Shown here piece after piece: positions 45,469 through 51,747 of a stretch of DNA of 51,747 nucleotides. The stretch's first letter is position 1. Each line of letters opens with the position of its first letter. The notes beneath the pieces are model-generated. The model searched no databases. It had not been told where the DNA came from and was given only the letters and a program-made list of their open reading frames with translations. Where the stretch lies: positions 1 through 51,747 of IMG/VR virus record IMGVR_UViG_3300046779_000926; one strand, 5' to 3'. Made by a program: the position numbers and the translations under genes. Origin of the DNA: a virus (taxonomy: Duplodnaviria; Caudoviricetes).

Positions 45469-45543
45469 GCCGAAATAGCACAGGGGTAGTGCAGCGCATT
45501 TGTAACGCGCAGGTCGTCGGTTCAAATCCGACTTTCGGCTCCA
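45469..45543 (+). tRNA. tRNA-Thr(TGT)
   Basis: GCCGAAA/TTTCGGC-T-CCA; loop TTTGTAA. Confidence 0.9.
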
Positions 45544-45547
45544 CTAT

Positions 45548-45622
45548 GGTCGCATCGTCTATCGGTTAAGACTCCGGGTTTTCATCCCGGCAAGCGGGGT
45601 TCAACTCCCCGTGCGACTACCA
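45548..45622 (+). tRNA. tRNA-Glu(TTC)
   Basis: GGTCGCA/TGCGACT-A-CCA; CCGGG-TTTTCAT-CCCGG. Confidence 0.9.
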
Positions 45623-45641
45623 CTTTAAAAATCGTTATAAT

Positions 45642-45717
45642 GGGCTGGTAGCTCAATTGGCAGAGCAAAAGACTCTTAATCTTTAGGTTGTGGAATCGTC
45701 CTCCACCCAGCCCACCA
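45642..45717 (+). tRNA. tRNA-Lys(CTT) with an atypical T-loop
   Basis: GGGCTGG/CCAGCCC-A-CCA; AAAGA-CTCTTAA-TCTTT; T-loop ATCGTCC. Confidence 0.85.
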
Positions 45718-45735
45718 CTTAAAAATAGAAAAAAC

Positions 45736-45811
45736 GGGATGGTAGCTCAGTTGGTAGAGCACCGGACTTTTAATCCGAGGGTCGTGGGTTCAACCCCCAC
45801 CCGTCCCACCA
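45736..45811 (+). tRNA. tRNA-Lys(TTT)
   Basis: GGGATGG/CCGTCCC-A-CCA; loop CTTTTAA. Confidence 0.92.
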
Positions 45812-45817
45812 CATCAT

Positions 45818-45894
45818 ACAGGTATGGCTCAGTCTGGTAGAGCGTCGCGTTTGGGGCGCGAAAGTCGTAGGTTCAAATCCTGCTACCTGTACCA
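45818..45894 (+). tRNA. tRNA-Pro(TGG)
   Basis: ACAGGTA/TACCTGT-A-CCA; TCGCG-TTTGGGG-CGCGA. Confidence 0.9.
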
Positions 45895-45898
45895 TTTA

Positions 45899-45986
45899 GG
45901 GGAAGTTGCAAGTGTTGGTAGTTTGCAACGGACTGTAAATCCGTTACCGTTGGTCGTCGGGAGTTCGATTCTCTCCTTCCCCACCA
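45899..45986 (+). tRNA. tRNA-Tyr(GTA)
   Basis: GGGGAAG/CTTCCCC-A-CCA; ACGGA-CTGTAAA-TCCGT; long variable arm. Confidence 0.9.
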
Positions 45987-46002
45987 TTTAATAAGTAATT
46001 AT

Positions 46003-46079
46003 AGGGGTATAGCTCAGTTGGTTAGAGCGTTTGACTGATATTCAAAAGGTCGCAAGTTCGATTCTTGCTACCCCTACCA
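46003..46079 (+). tRNA. tRNA-Ile(GAT)
   Basis: AGGGGTA/TACCCCT-A-CCA; TTTGA-CTGATAT-TCAAA. Confidence 0.92.
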
Positions 46080-46083
46080 CTAC

Positions 46084-46160
46084 GTCCGATTAGTTCAGTT
46101 GGTTAGAACAACAGACTGTTAATCTGTGGGTCGCTGGTTCAAGTCCAGCATCGGACGCCA
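46084..46160 (+). tRNA. tRNA-Asn(GTT)
   Basis: GTCCGAT/ATCGGAC-G-CCA; ACAGA-CTGTTAA-TCTGT. Confidence 0.92.
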
Positions 46161-46183
46161 CTTTACATTTATAACACATTAAA

Positions 46184-46190
46184 CTATTTA
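46184..46190 (+). promoter_or_regulatory. Putative late promoter motif CTATTTA
   Basis: Intergenic, upstream of the GGAG RBS and ATG 46211. Confidence 0.55.
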
Positions 46191-46210
46191 ATATCGTTGG
46201 AGATATTAAA

Positions 46211-46474
46211 ATGAAAATTACAGAAAGTCAATTGCGTACAATAATCCGCGAAGAGTTAGTAAACGAAATGCAAGGCAGAGTTTACAATGTTAGCGGCACC
46301 CGTTATAGAATTGGTGATAAAGTAGAGGCCACATATAACGGTAAAGTTGGCACAATCGTTGATATTCGTATGCATCACGATGAGTATGGAAATACAGGTG
46401 GTGCCACTTTCACAGTAGAATTTGACGATGGTAGCCAAGATACCTATAGTTCAACCTATTTTCAAAAAATCTAA
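46211..46474 (+). CDS. Leader-bearing SH3/KOW-like protein
   Basis: MKITESQLRTIIREELVNE followed by YRIGDKV..GKVGTIV..TVEFDDG. Confidence 0.7.
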   Translation: MKITESQLRTIIREELVNEMQGRVYNVSGTRYRIGDKVEATYNGKVGTIVDIRMHHDEYGNTGGATFTVEFDDGSQDTYSSTYFQKI

Positions 46475-46483
46475 AGAGAGAAT

Positions 46484-46981
46484 ATGAAAGACACAATCAA
46501 GCACCATCTACCTCAAGTAATTACCGAGGTAGATAAGCGACTTTCAGTATTAAAGTCTGTGACCGATTGGCAGTCATTCTCTACTAAATTGAAGTCAGAG
46601 TTGATTTCAAATATCGTAGAAACCTCGTTTGCTACCATCATTCCTAATACTGTAGACCCAAAGCGGGATGCAGAACCCGACTTGTATATTGATGATAAGC
46701 CATTGGAATTGAAAACCTCAAAGACTACAACTACTTGGAGAGGTGGAGAATTCTCAAAGCGAGACTCCGATTATCTTTTGATTGCATGGGATGAAGAAGA
46801 TAGTGCGTTTAAATGGTTTGTTTGTTGGACGCATCTAAAAGAAATTGATTGGAAATCTTCCAAATCATCTAGTTATTATGCTACTACCATAGATATTGAT
46901 GATGTTCTAAAATTAGAGCAAACTGAAATTCTAATGGGCGATGTAGTTAAAAAGCGTATAAAAAATCATATACGTTTCTAA
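46484..46981 (+). CDS. PD-(D/E)xK restriction-endonuclease-like protein
   Basis: NIVE...EPDLYIDDKPLELKT motif. Confidence 0.6.
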   Translation: MKDTIKHHLPQVITEVDKRLSVLKSVTDWQSFSTKLKSELISNIVETSFATIIPNTVDPKRDAEPDLYIDDKPLELKTSKTTTTWRGGEFSKRDSDYLLIAWDEEDSAFKWFVCWTHLKEIDWKSSKSSSYYATTIDIDDVLKLEQTEILMGDVVKKRIKNHIRF

Positions 46982-47009
46982 CCCCGCTATTGATAGTATC
47001 TTTAGCCCG

Positions 47010-47047
47010 ATACCGCAAGACTTAACGGTTTTGCGGTATTTCTTTTT
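47010..47047 (+). terminator. Intrinsic terminator
   Basis: ATACCGCAAGAC/GTTTTGCGGTAT stem followed by a T-rich tract. Confidence 0.7.
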
Positions 47048-47051
47048 CCTC

Positions 47052-47080
47052 TTGACAGCCTAAAGGGGCCATGCTATATT
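47052..47080 (+). promoter_or_regulatory. sigma70-like promoter, probably leaderless transcript
   Basis: TTGACA-17nt-TATATT with TG extension; ATG 47087 is 6 nt downstream. Confidence 0.65.
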
Positions 47081-47086
47081 GATTGC

Positions 47087-47689
47087 ATGAAAAGCGATTT
47101 CTCCATCAAGTCCATTTCTAAAAAGCAAGCAACCGACATTCTCAAGGAGTATCACTACCTCTCTTCTATCTCGCGTGGATTTAAGAGCGGGCACAACTAC
47201 GGACTTTTTAAGAACGACGTTCTTTGCGGCGTCTGTATTTTTACAGGTCTACCTGCACCCGAAATTGCAAAGGGTTGCTTTGGCCTTGAACGCGCCAATC
47301 AAGATGGTCTTTTTGAACTCTCGCGCCTGTGCCTTTCTCCCGATGTTCAGAGCGAAGAACATAACCTTGCTGGCTGGTTTTCCGCAAGGGCAATCAAGCA
47401 GTTGTGCAAGGATACCAACGTGCGTGCTATCCTTTCCTATGCTGACAACGACTTTCATAGCGGCGTTGTATATGCTGCAACAAATTGGAAGTATTATGGT
47501 CTGACCGACATTAAGAAGGACTTTTGGTTTAAGCAGGAAGATGGAACCTTTATCAAGCACAATCGCGGCAAGGTGAAGGGAGCAGAAGGCGAATGGCGAG
47601 AGCGTAGCCGCAAGCATCGTTTCTTGAAGGTGTTTGACCGTTCTCTCAATGTTCTGTGGAACGAGCAGAAGTGGGGTAGCAATGTTTGA
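47087..47689 (+). CDS. Mom-family (GNAT-fold) DNA modification enzyme
   Basis: YHYL, YGLF....GVCIF, ELSRLCL, ILSYAD...HSGVVYAATNWKYYG, KHRF. Confidence 0.75.
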   Translation: MKSDFSIKSISKKQATDILKEYHYLSSISRGFKSGHNYGLFKNDVLCGVCIFTGLPAPEIAKGCFGLERANQDGLFELSRLCLSPDVQSEEHNLAGWFSARAIKQLCKDTNVRAILSYADNDFHSGVVYAATNWKYYGLTDIKKDFWFKQEDGTFIKHNRGKVKGAEGEWRERSRKHRFLKVFDRSLNVLWNEQKWGSNV

Positions 47690-47894
47690 GATTGGTGAAC
47701 TTATTGAATATATTGCTGATTATCAAGAAAATGAAACCAAACTAGTAGGATTAGTAGAAAATGTTGTAGATGGTAAAATTGGAGTTAGATGGTTAAATAA
47801 TACTGGGTATTACGACGCCCATCTTTCTGTTTTCACAAATCCCCTTGACTATCTCCGAAAGGTTGATAAGATAGAAGAACGAGGTAAGAAATGA
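47682..47894 (+). CDS. SH3/KOW-like protein
   Basis: MFEIGELIEY..VGLV..GVRWL..LRKV. Confidence 0.6.
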   Translation: MFEIGELIEYIADYQENETKLVGLVENVVDGKIGVRWLNNTGYYDAHLSVFTNPLDYLRKVDKIEERGKK

Positions 47895-48079
47895 ACGACA
47901 ACTATGCTGGCGTACTTGTGTTGGCAGGTATTGTTTTGCTTAATTTTATGATTGGGTTTTGGAGTGCTTCTGCTTTTTGGAAAGAGGACACCTTCGATTG
48001 TACCAACACTTGTAGTGGTAGACATTCAATTTATAATACTGATACTAAAATTTGTTACTGTGAGGTAGAACCTAAATGA
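47891..48079 (+). CDS. Small membrane protein with a Cys-rich C-terminus
   Basis: N-terminal TM; C...C...CYC; promoter TTGACT-16nt-TAAGAT at 47845-72. Confidence 0.6.
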   Translation: MNDNYAGVLVLAGIVLLNFMIGFWSASAFWKEDTFDCTNTCSGRHSIYNTDTKICYCEVEPK

Positions 48080-48306
48080 AATATAAAGCAAAAGTATGGT
48101 ATAACGAAACCTATGAGAAAGTCATGGAGTTTGAGATTGATATTGACATTCCAGCAGACTTAAATGAAGATAATCGTGCCAATCTAATTTATAATTCTAT
48201 TGAGAACAAGATGCATGATAAATTCGACATAATGATGGAACAAGACGAGCGTTTGCGTTTTGAGATTGACGATATGACGTTTAAAAAGATAGAGTCAACA
48301 GAATGA
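48076..48306 (+). CDS. Hypothetical protein
   Basis: ATGA-coupled; GAGG RBS. Confidence 0.6.
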   Translation: MKYKAKVWYNETYEKVMEFEIDIDIPADLNEDNRANLIYNSIENKMHDKFDIMMEQDERLRFEIDDMTFKKIESTE

Positions 48307-48725
48307 GATTAAGCCCCGAAAATCCTTGGGTATTCATTGAGAATACAAACGCTGACGACTTTCTGAAAGAAGTCCTAAAACTTGGGAAACCTACAGAAGT
48401 GTCAGTAGTTGGTGTCTTTGGCAAGGACGGACGAGGCAGCACACAAGATATGGATTTGCCTCTACATTTTGATGGTGATTATTCAGCCCGCAAGGCAGCA
48501 GAAAAGGGCTTGACATTTGATAAGAAGATTGATATACTTGCTCTCTACTGTTTGAATGGTGGAGATACGATTACAACCCTTGAATGGGATAGAGGATATG
48601 AAGAGATTGTCTTTAAGACAGGACAGGCATTAATCCTTGATAATCATCTATGCCGTCATGGCAGAAGAGGCGCAGTAGGCGATAGATTGCTGCTGCGTGT
48701 TTGGATTGAGAAACTTAACAACTAA
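48303..48725 (+). CDS. Minimal TauD/TfdA-like Fe(II)/2-oxoglutarate dioxygenase
   Basis: LPLHFDG (HxD), ILALYCL..G..TT, GQALILDN...HGR, RLLLRVWI. Confidence 0.7.
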   Translation: MRLSPENPWVFIENTNADDFLKEVLKLGKPTEVSVVGVFGKDGRGSTQDMDLPLHFDGDYSARKAAEKGLTFDKKIDILALYCLNGGDTITTLEWDRGYEEIVFKTGQALILDNHLCRHGRRGAVGDRLLLRVWIEKLNN

Positions 48726-48737
48726 TAGGAGACATAA

Positions 48738-49022
48738 ATGCGTAATTTCTTTCTTGCACTCGTTCTTTTCGGTGGCGTAACCCTTACAGGTTGCAGCGAC
48801 GACAAGGATGATACTGCCGTTGCTTGCCCACAGGACACCGCAACTGATAGTGGTGGCACCGATACCTCTACCTCTGACACATCGGATACCTCTGCAACCG
48901 ATACAGGCGGGACAGATACAGGTGGAGATACAAGTGTTCCTGTAGATACAGGAGCGGATACAGGCACCTCTGACACAGGTACAGGCGATACAGGTGGTAC
49001 TGACACCAGCGCAGCAGGTTAG
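48738..49022 (+). CDS. Lipoprotein with D-T-(G/S) low-complexity repeats
   Basis: Signal peptide with lipobox LTGC; repeated DTG/DTS; AGGAG RBS. Confidence 0.75.
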   Translation: MRNFFLALVLFGGVTLTGCSDDKDDTAVACPQDTATDSGGTDTSTSDTSDTSATDTGGTDTGGDTSVPVDTGADTGTSDTGTGDTGGTDTSAAG

Positions 49023-49030
49023 GAGAGTAT

Positions 49031-49315
49031 ATGAAAAGCATCTTGACAGAAGAACTTGGTAGTTACACAGGTGTTGTAATGTTTGGAGCCTCATGGTGTA
49101 TGCCGTGTAGGTCTGCAAAGCCAAAGGTTGAGAAACTATCTGATAGCAGCAAGGTTCCCGTCGCATATTTGGATATTGACGACGCACAGGATTATATTCG
49201 TTCGCTTGGAATTCAGTCTGTACCTACCTTTATTCGATTTGAGGGCGGCAGTCCAACAGGCGCACGGCTTATCGGTGCAAATGATGATGGACTAAAGGTT
49301 CTTTTCGGAGTTTAA
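49031..49315 (+). CDS. Thioredoxin
   Basis: FGASWCMPC, IQSVPTF. Confidence 0.88.
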   Translation: MKSILTEELGSYTGVVMFGASWCMPCRSAKPKVEKLSDSSKVPVAYLDIDDAQDYIRSLGIQSVPTFIRFEGGSPTGARLIGANDDGLKVLFGV

Positions 49316-49409
49316 AATTGTCAATTTGAGCAATTATCCGTTCTGTAGTTTCGATTACAGAACGGATTTTGCTTATAGGATATAGTGTATCTACCAAACA
49401 GGAGAAACT

Positions 49410-49745
49410 TTGGATATCCCCGAAACTTATATCAATCAAGCCGTCAAGCCCCGTGGTGCTACCGTAAACGAGCGTCTTACCTACCTTCTTGATTGGTATG
49501 TAAATACGGGTACAAAGGTTGGCAAGGACTCTGATTGGCCCTATCAGATTGAATTCTGTGCGGTCATGGCGCAGCATGGTAATACGCTGCGTCCGCTTCT
49601 ATTGAAGGAGACAGATGAAGATACGCGAAATGCCATTACTAACTTTCTTCCTATTGTTGAGTATATGCGAGGTAGCAATCGCTCTGCTGCTGGCATTGCC
49701 TTCTTTACCTATCTTTACGTCGAACTAAACAAGGTGATTGCATGA
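49410..49745 (+). CDS. Hypothetical protein
   Basis: AGGAG RBS before a TTG start. Confidence 0.6.
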   Translation: MDIPETYINQAVKPRGATVNERLTYLLDWYVNTGTKVGKDSDWPYQIEFCAVMAQHGNTLRPLLLKETDEDTRNAITNFLPIVEYMRGSNRSAAGIAFFTYLYVELNKVIA

Positions 49746-49975
49746 TTTTATTTCTTCTAATCCTATCTATCGTATTTTTTGTAGTTAATATGTATTATTA
49801 TCTGCTCCCTTATTGGGAAACGGAGTATAATTTATACGCTACTAAATTTCAATCGGATGCTCAAAAGGCAGTAATAGCACCCGTTGTTGTTGAAATGCTT
49901 GAGGATAATGAATGGGACGACGACCCGCCCACGGTTGTAGCGACTCCTAAAAACCGCTCAAACCTCAAAGCATGA
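49742..49975 (+). CDS. Small membrane-anchored protein
   Basis: N-terminal TM helix; ATGA-coupled. Confidence 0.6.
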   Translation: MILFLLILSIVFFVVNMYYYLLPYWETEYNLYATKFQSDAQKAVIAPVVVEMLEDNEWDDDPPTVVATPKNRSNLKA

Positions 49976-49993
49976 TTTTGTATTTCAGACTAC

Positions 49994-50022
49994 TTGACAA
50001 GGGACGCCACCCGTTATAAGAT
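49994..50022 (+). promoter_or_regulatory. sigma70-like promoter, probably leaderless transcript
   Basis: TTGACA-17nt-TAAGAT; ATG 50029 is 6 nt downstream. Confidence 0.65.
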
Positions 50023-50028
50023 GTAGGC

Positions 50029-50238
50029 ATGAAGAACGAACCACCCCCATTTAAAATCGGTGACTTGGTATCTTTTTGCGATTGGGTTTGGACAGCACGC
50101 AAAAAGTATGTTGGTGTGGTTGTCTCTATGGACACCATGACTGATATTGTTGGTGTTACATGGCTTAATTCGCAACATGATGGTGATATTTCCCTATATG
50201 GCAGCATAAACCTCGTAAAGCATCGTGAAGGAGTATAA
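50029..50238 (+). CDS. SH3/KOW-like protein
   Basis: FKIGDLVSF..VGVVV..GVTWL. Confidence 0.6.
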   Translation: MKNEPPPFKIGDLVSFCDWVWTARKKYVGVVVSMDTMTDIVGVTWLNSQHDGDISLYGSINLVKHREGV

Positions 50239-50239
50239 T

Positions 50240-50431
50240 GTGGAAAAGCCAAAAGAATTTAAAATTGGCGATTTCGTTATGCAGAGGCGTCTGCATGGTC
50301 GTGACCCTTTTTGGTATGGAACCATCTTTGGTTATCATTTTGTGAACGACCATAAATTCTATCTTGTTGATTGGGTAGACGTTCACAAACCTACTCCCGA
50401 ACGTGCTGAAAACCTTATTTGGGTGGCATAA
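50240..50431 (+). CDS. SH3/KOW-like protein
   Basis: FKIGDFVM..YGTI..YLVDW..ENL; AAGGAG RBS suggests GTG 50240. Confidence 0.6.
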   Translation: MEKPKEFKIGDFVMQRRLHGRDPFWYGTIFGYHFVNDHKFYLVDWVDVHKPTPERAENLIWVA

Positions 50432-50631
50432 TGCAGTTTCAAATTGGCGACTTGGTTAAGTACCGTAACGCTCTCTTGAGCGATACGTCCAAGTATGTTG
50501 GCTATATCAGTAAGACCGCCAACAACGGATACGAGGATATGGCTTATATTGAATGGATTAGTCACAAAATTCACGAACTCCCGTATGGATTTACGGGTTT
50601 CATCTATATGTCAAAATTGGAGAAGGCATGA
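50431..50631 (+). CDS. SH3/KOW-like protein
   Basis: MQFQIGDLVKY..VGYI..YIEWI..LEKA. Confidence 0.6.
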   Translation: MQFQIGDLVKYRNALLSDTSKYVGYISKTANNGYEDMAYIEWISHKIHELPYGFTGFIYMSKLEKA

Positions 50632-51035
50632 AGTGGCGTTATGGTATTGTGAAGTATCGACACAAACAGAACGAAAGGATACGCTTTTATGGTATTGGCG
50701 AACTTTTCTACGATACCGACCCGCTAAAGGTCTATGCTTGCACGCAAGAGCCTGTAGAAGTATATACCGACGCTGATGCAGAAAGCGAGGAAGAAATCCG
50801 AGAAAGCATAACTTGGCAACTCAATGCCGTGCTTAAAGATATTGCAAAGTTCCCTGTTTTTGACGTTGATGGGCCTTTTGAAAAATATCCCATCGATGTA
50901 AACGAGGAAGAATGGGTAGAATTGACCGAAGAAAAGTTGAAGGAACTATTCGGTAAGGAAGGTCACCAAGAAGAGGTTGCCGACGAGGGCTTGCAGGATT
51001 ACATTAGGAGTATGCAAGAGGAGCAGAACGAGTGA
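50628..51035 (+). CDS. Hypothetical protein
   Basis: MKWRYGIV...YGIGELFYD; acidic C-terminus. Confidence 0.65.
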   Translation: MKWRYGIVKYRHKQNERIRFYGIGELFYDTDPLKVYACTQEPVEVYTDADAESEEEIRESITWQLNAVLKDIAKFPVFDVDGPFEKYPIDVNEEEWVELTEEKLKELFGKEGHQEEVADEGLQDYIRSMQEEQNE

Positions 51036-51247
51036 CCGAATACAAAGTTGGCGATTTGCTTGATGTTACGCCCAATACCGTCGAAAAGACGACCACTCGC
51101 GTATTAGTTGAGAGTGGGCCTCATTCCATGTGCAATAGTGATGGTGAGGAATGGTGGATTGAGTGGCATTGTGTTTCTCTTCAAACAGGTAAACGAATTA
51201 ATATCAGTAACCATCGTAATGTTTATGATATCAAAAAGGTGTCTTAA
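51032..51247 (+). CDS. SH3/KOW-like protein
   Basis: YKVGDLLDV; GAGGAG RBS, GTG start. Confidence 0.55.
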   Translation: MTEYKVGDLLDVTPNTVEKTTTRVLVESGPHSMCNSDGEEWWIEWHCVSLQTGKRINISNHRNVYDIKKVS

Positions 51248-51261
51248 CGCCTTAAATCATG

Positions 51262-51268
51262 CTAATTA
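51262..51268 (+). promoter_or_regulatory. Putative late promoter motif CTAATTA
   Basis: Intergenic, upstream of the AAGGAG RBS and GTG 51300. Confidence 0.45.
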
Positions 51269-51299
51269 TTATCTAACAAACTAAAAAGGAGTTTTTATA

Positions 51300-51503
51300 G
51301 TGTCTCGTCCATTTATTGATTTTGATAGTGTCTCTAACACCAATAGCAACAAGAATGTTATTGCGTGCCCTACGCATGGAGATTATCCTGCTTCTATGAA
51401 GAATTTTGGGTGTCCCGATTGCGTCAAGGAGCGAGAGGAATACGAGGAAGAACTTGAGGAATTGAGCAATTCGCGTGTTCGTCGTTTCAACGGACGCCGA
51501 TGA
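51300..51503 (+). CDS. Small Zn-ribbon protein
   Basis: CPTHG...GCPDC. Confidence 0.6.
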   Translation: MSRPFIDFDSVSNTNSNKNVIACPTHGDYPASMKNFGCPDCVKEREEYEEELEELSNSRVRRFNGRR

Positions 51504-51747
51504 ATGAAGCATTAATATTAGAAACCTTTGAGATTAATGCAAGGTACGAGGATAATCCTGTAAAAGCAACCGTTTACTGTATGATGCCACCGTGGCGTGG
51601 TGCATTATTCGTGAGAGTATCGACAAATTTAAAATTGCAAGAAACGCTTATTTTTAAGTCAGACGACAAGGGAAAAGTGCTTGATTGGTCAGAACTTGAA
51701 GGAATAGGCGACGTTATACCTCACGATGAAATGATGATAAGGATAGG
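51500..51747 (+). CDS. Hypothetical protein, 3'-truncated by the window edge
   Basis: ATGA-coupled ORF MNEALILETF... open to the end of the window. Confidence 0.55.
   Translation, partial: MNEALILETFEINARYEDNPVKATVYCMMPPWRGALFVRVSTNLKLQETLIFKSDDKGKVLDWSELEGIGDVIPHDEMMIRI

Noticed and set aside
607-51512. Minus-strand and alternative-frame ORFs in the track (e.g. 7001-7696, 30075-30458, 48648-49187, 48722-49006)
   Set aside because: They lie within well-supported + strand genes, lack RBS or motifs, and reflect antisense codon bias or low complexity
1-51747. Stop-codon reassignment as in some huge phages
   Set aside because: Conserved genes are full length under code 11; TAA, TAG and TGA all end genes; no suppressor tRNA in the array

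Overview
This window is a gene-dense, almost entirely + strand segment of a large (jumbo/huge-type) tailed dsDNA bacteriophage genome. It uses the standard genetic code and has no capsid or tail genes inside the window. It carries four main gene sets. (i) Replication/recombination: gp32-like SSB, RecA/UvsX, 5'-3' exonuclease, DnaB-like helicase, a family C (DnaE) polymerase and a separate, very compact family A polymerase. (ii) Nucleotide metabolism: class II RNR, ThyX, thymidine kinase, dUTPase, PurA, an IMPDH/GMP-reductase family enzyme, a deaminase and two NUDIX proteins. (iii) Proteostasis/translation: GroEL, a GroES-like protein, ClpP, tmRNA and 13 tRNAs including Ile(UAU). (iv) Other: UvsE, a Mom-like DNA modifier next to a PD-(D/E)xK nuclease, a degenerate tubulin/FtsZ-like protein and about 16 small 'F-x-I-G-D-L-V' SH3/KOW-like paralogues. 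Two promoter classes are visible: sigma70-like TTGACN-N16/17-TA(A/T)(G/A)NT sites, several giving leaderless mRNAs, and a CTA(A/T)TTA motif that I infer is the late promoter. The most notable observations are three. First, genes behind the CTAWTTA motif encode proteins with a shared N-terminal leader ending in L/I-x-E fused to varied enzyme cargo, a candidate capsid-targeting and cargo-delivery system. Second, an unannotated ~143-nt RNA with tRNA-like ends (GGGGCU...AGCCCC-ACCA) sits inside a 35-bp G.U-containing stem. Third, several promoters are embedded in hairpins that hide the ribosome-binding site. All protein calls come from motif recognition by eye, not database searches.
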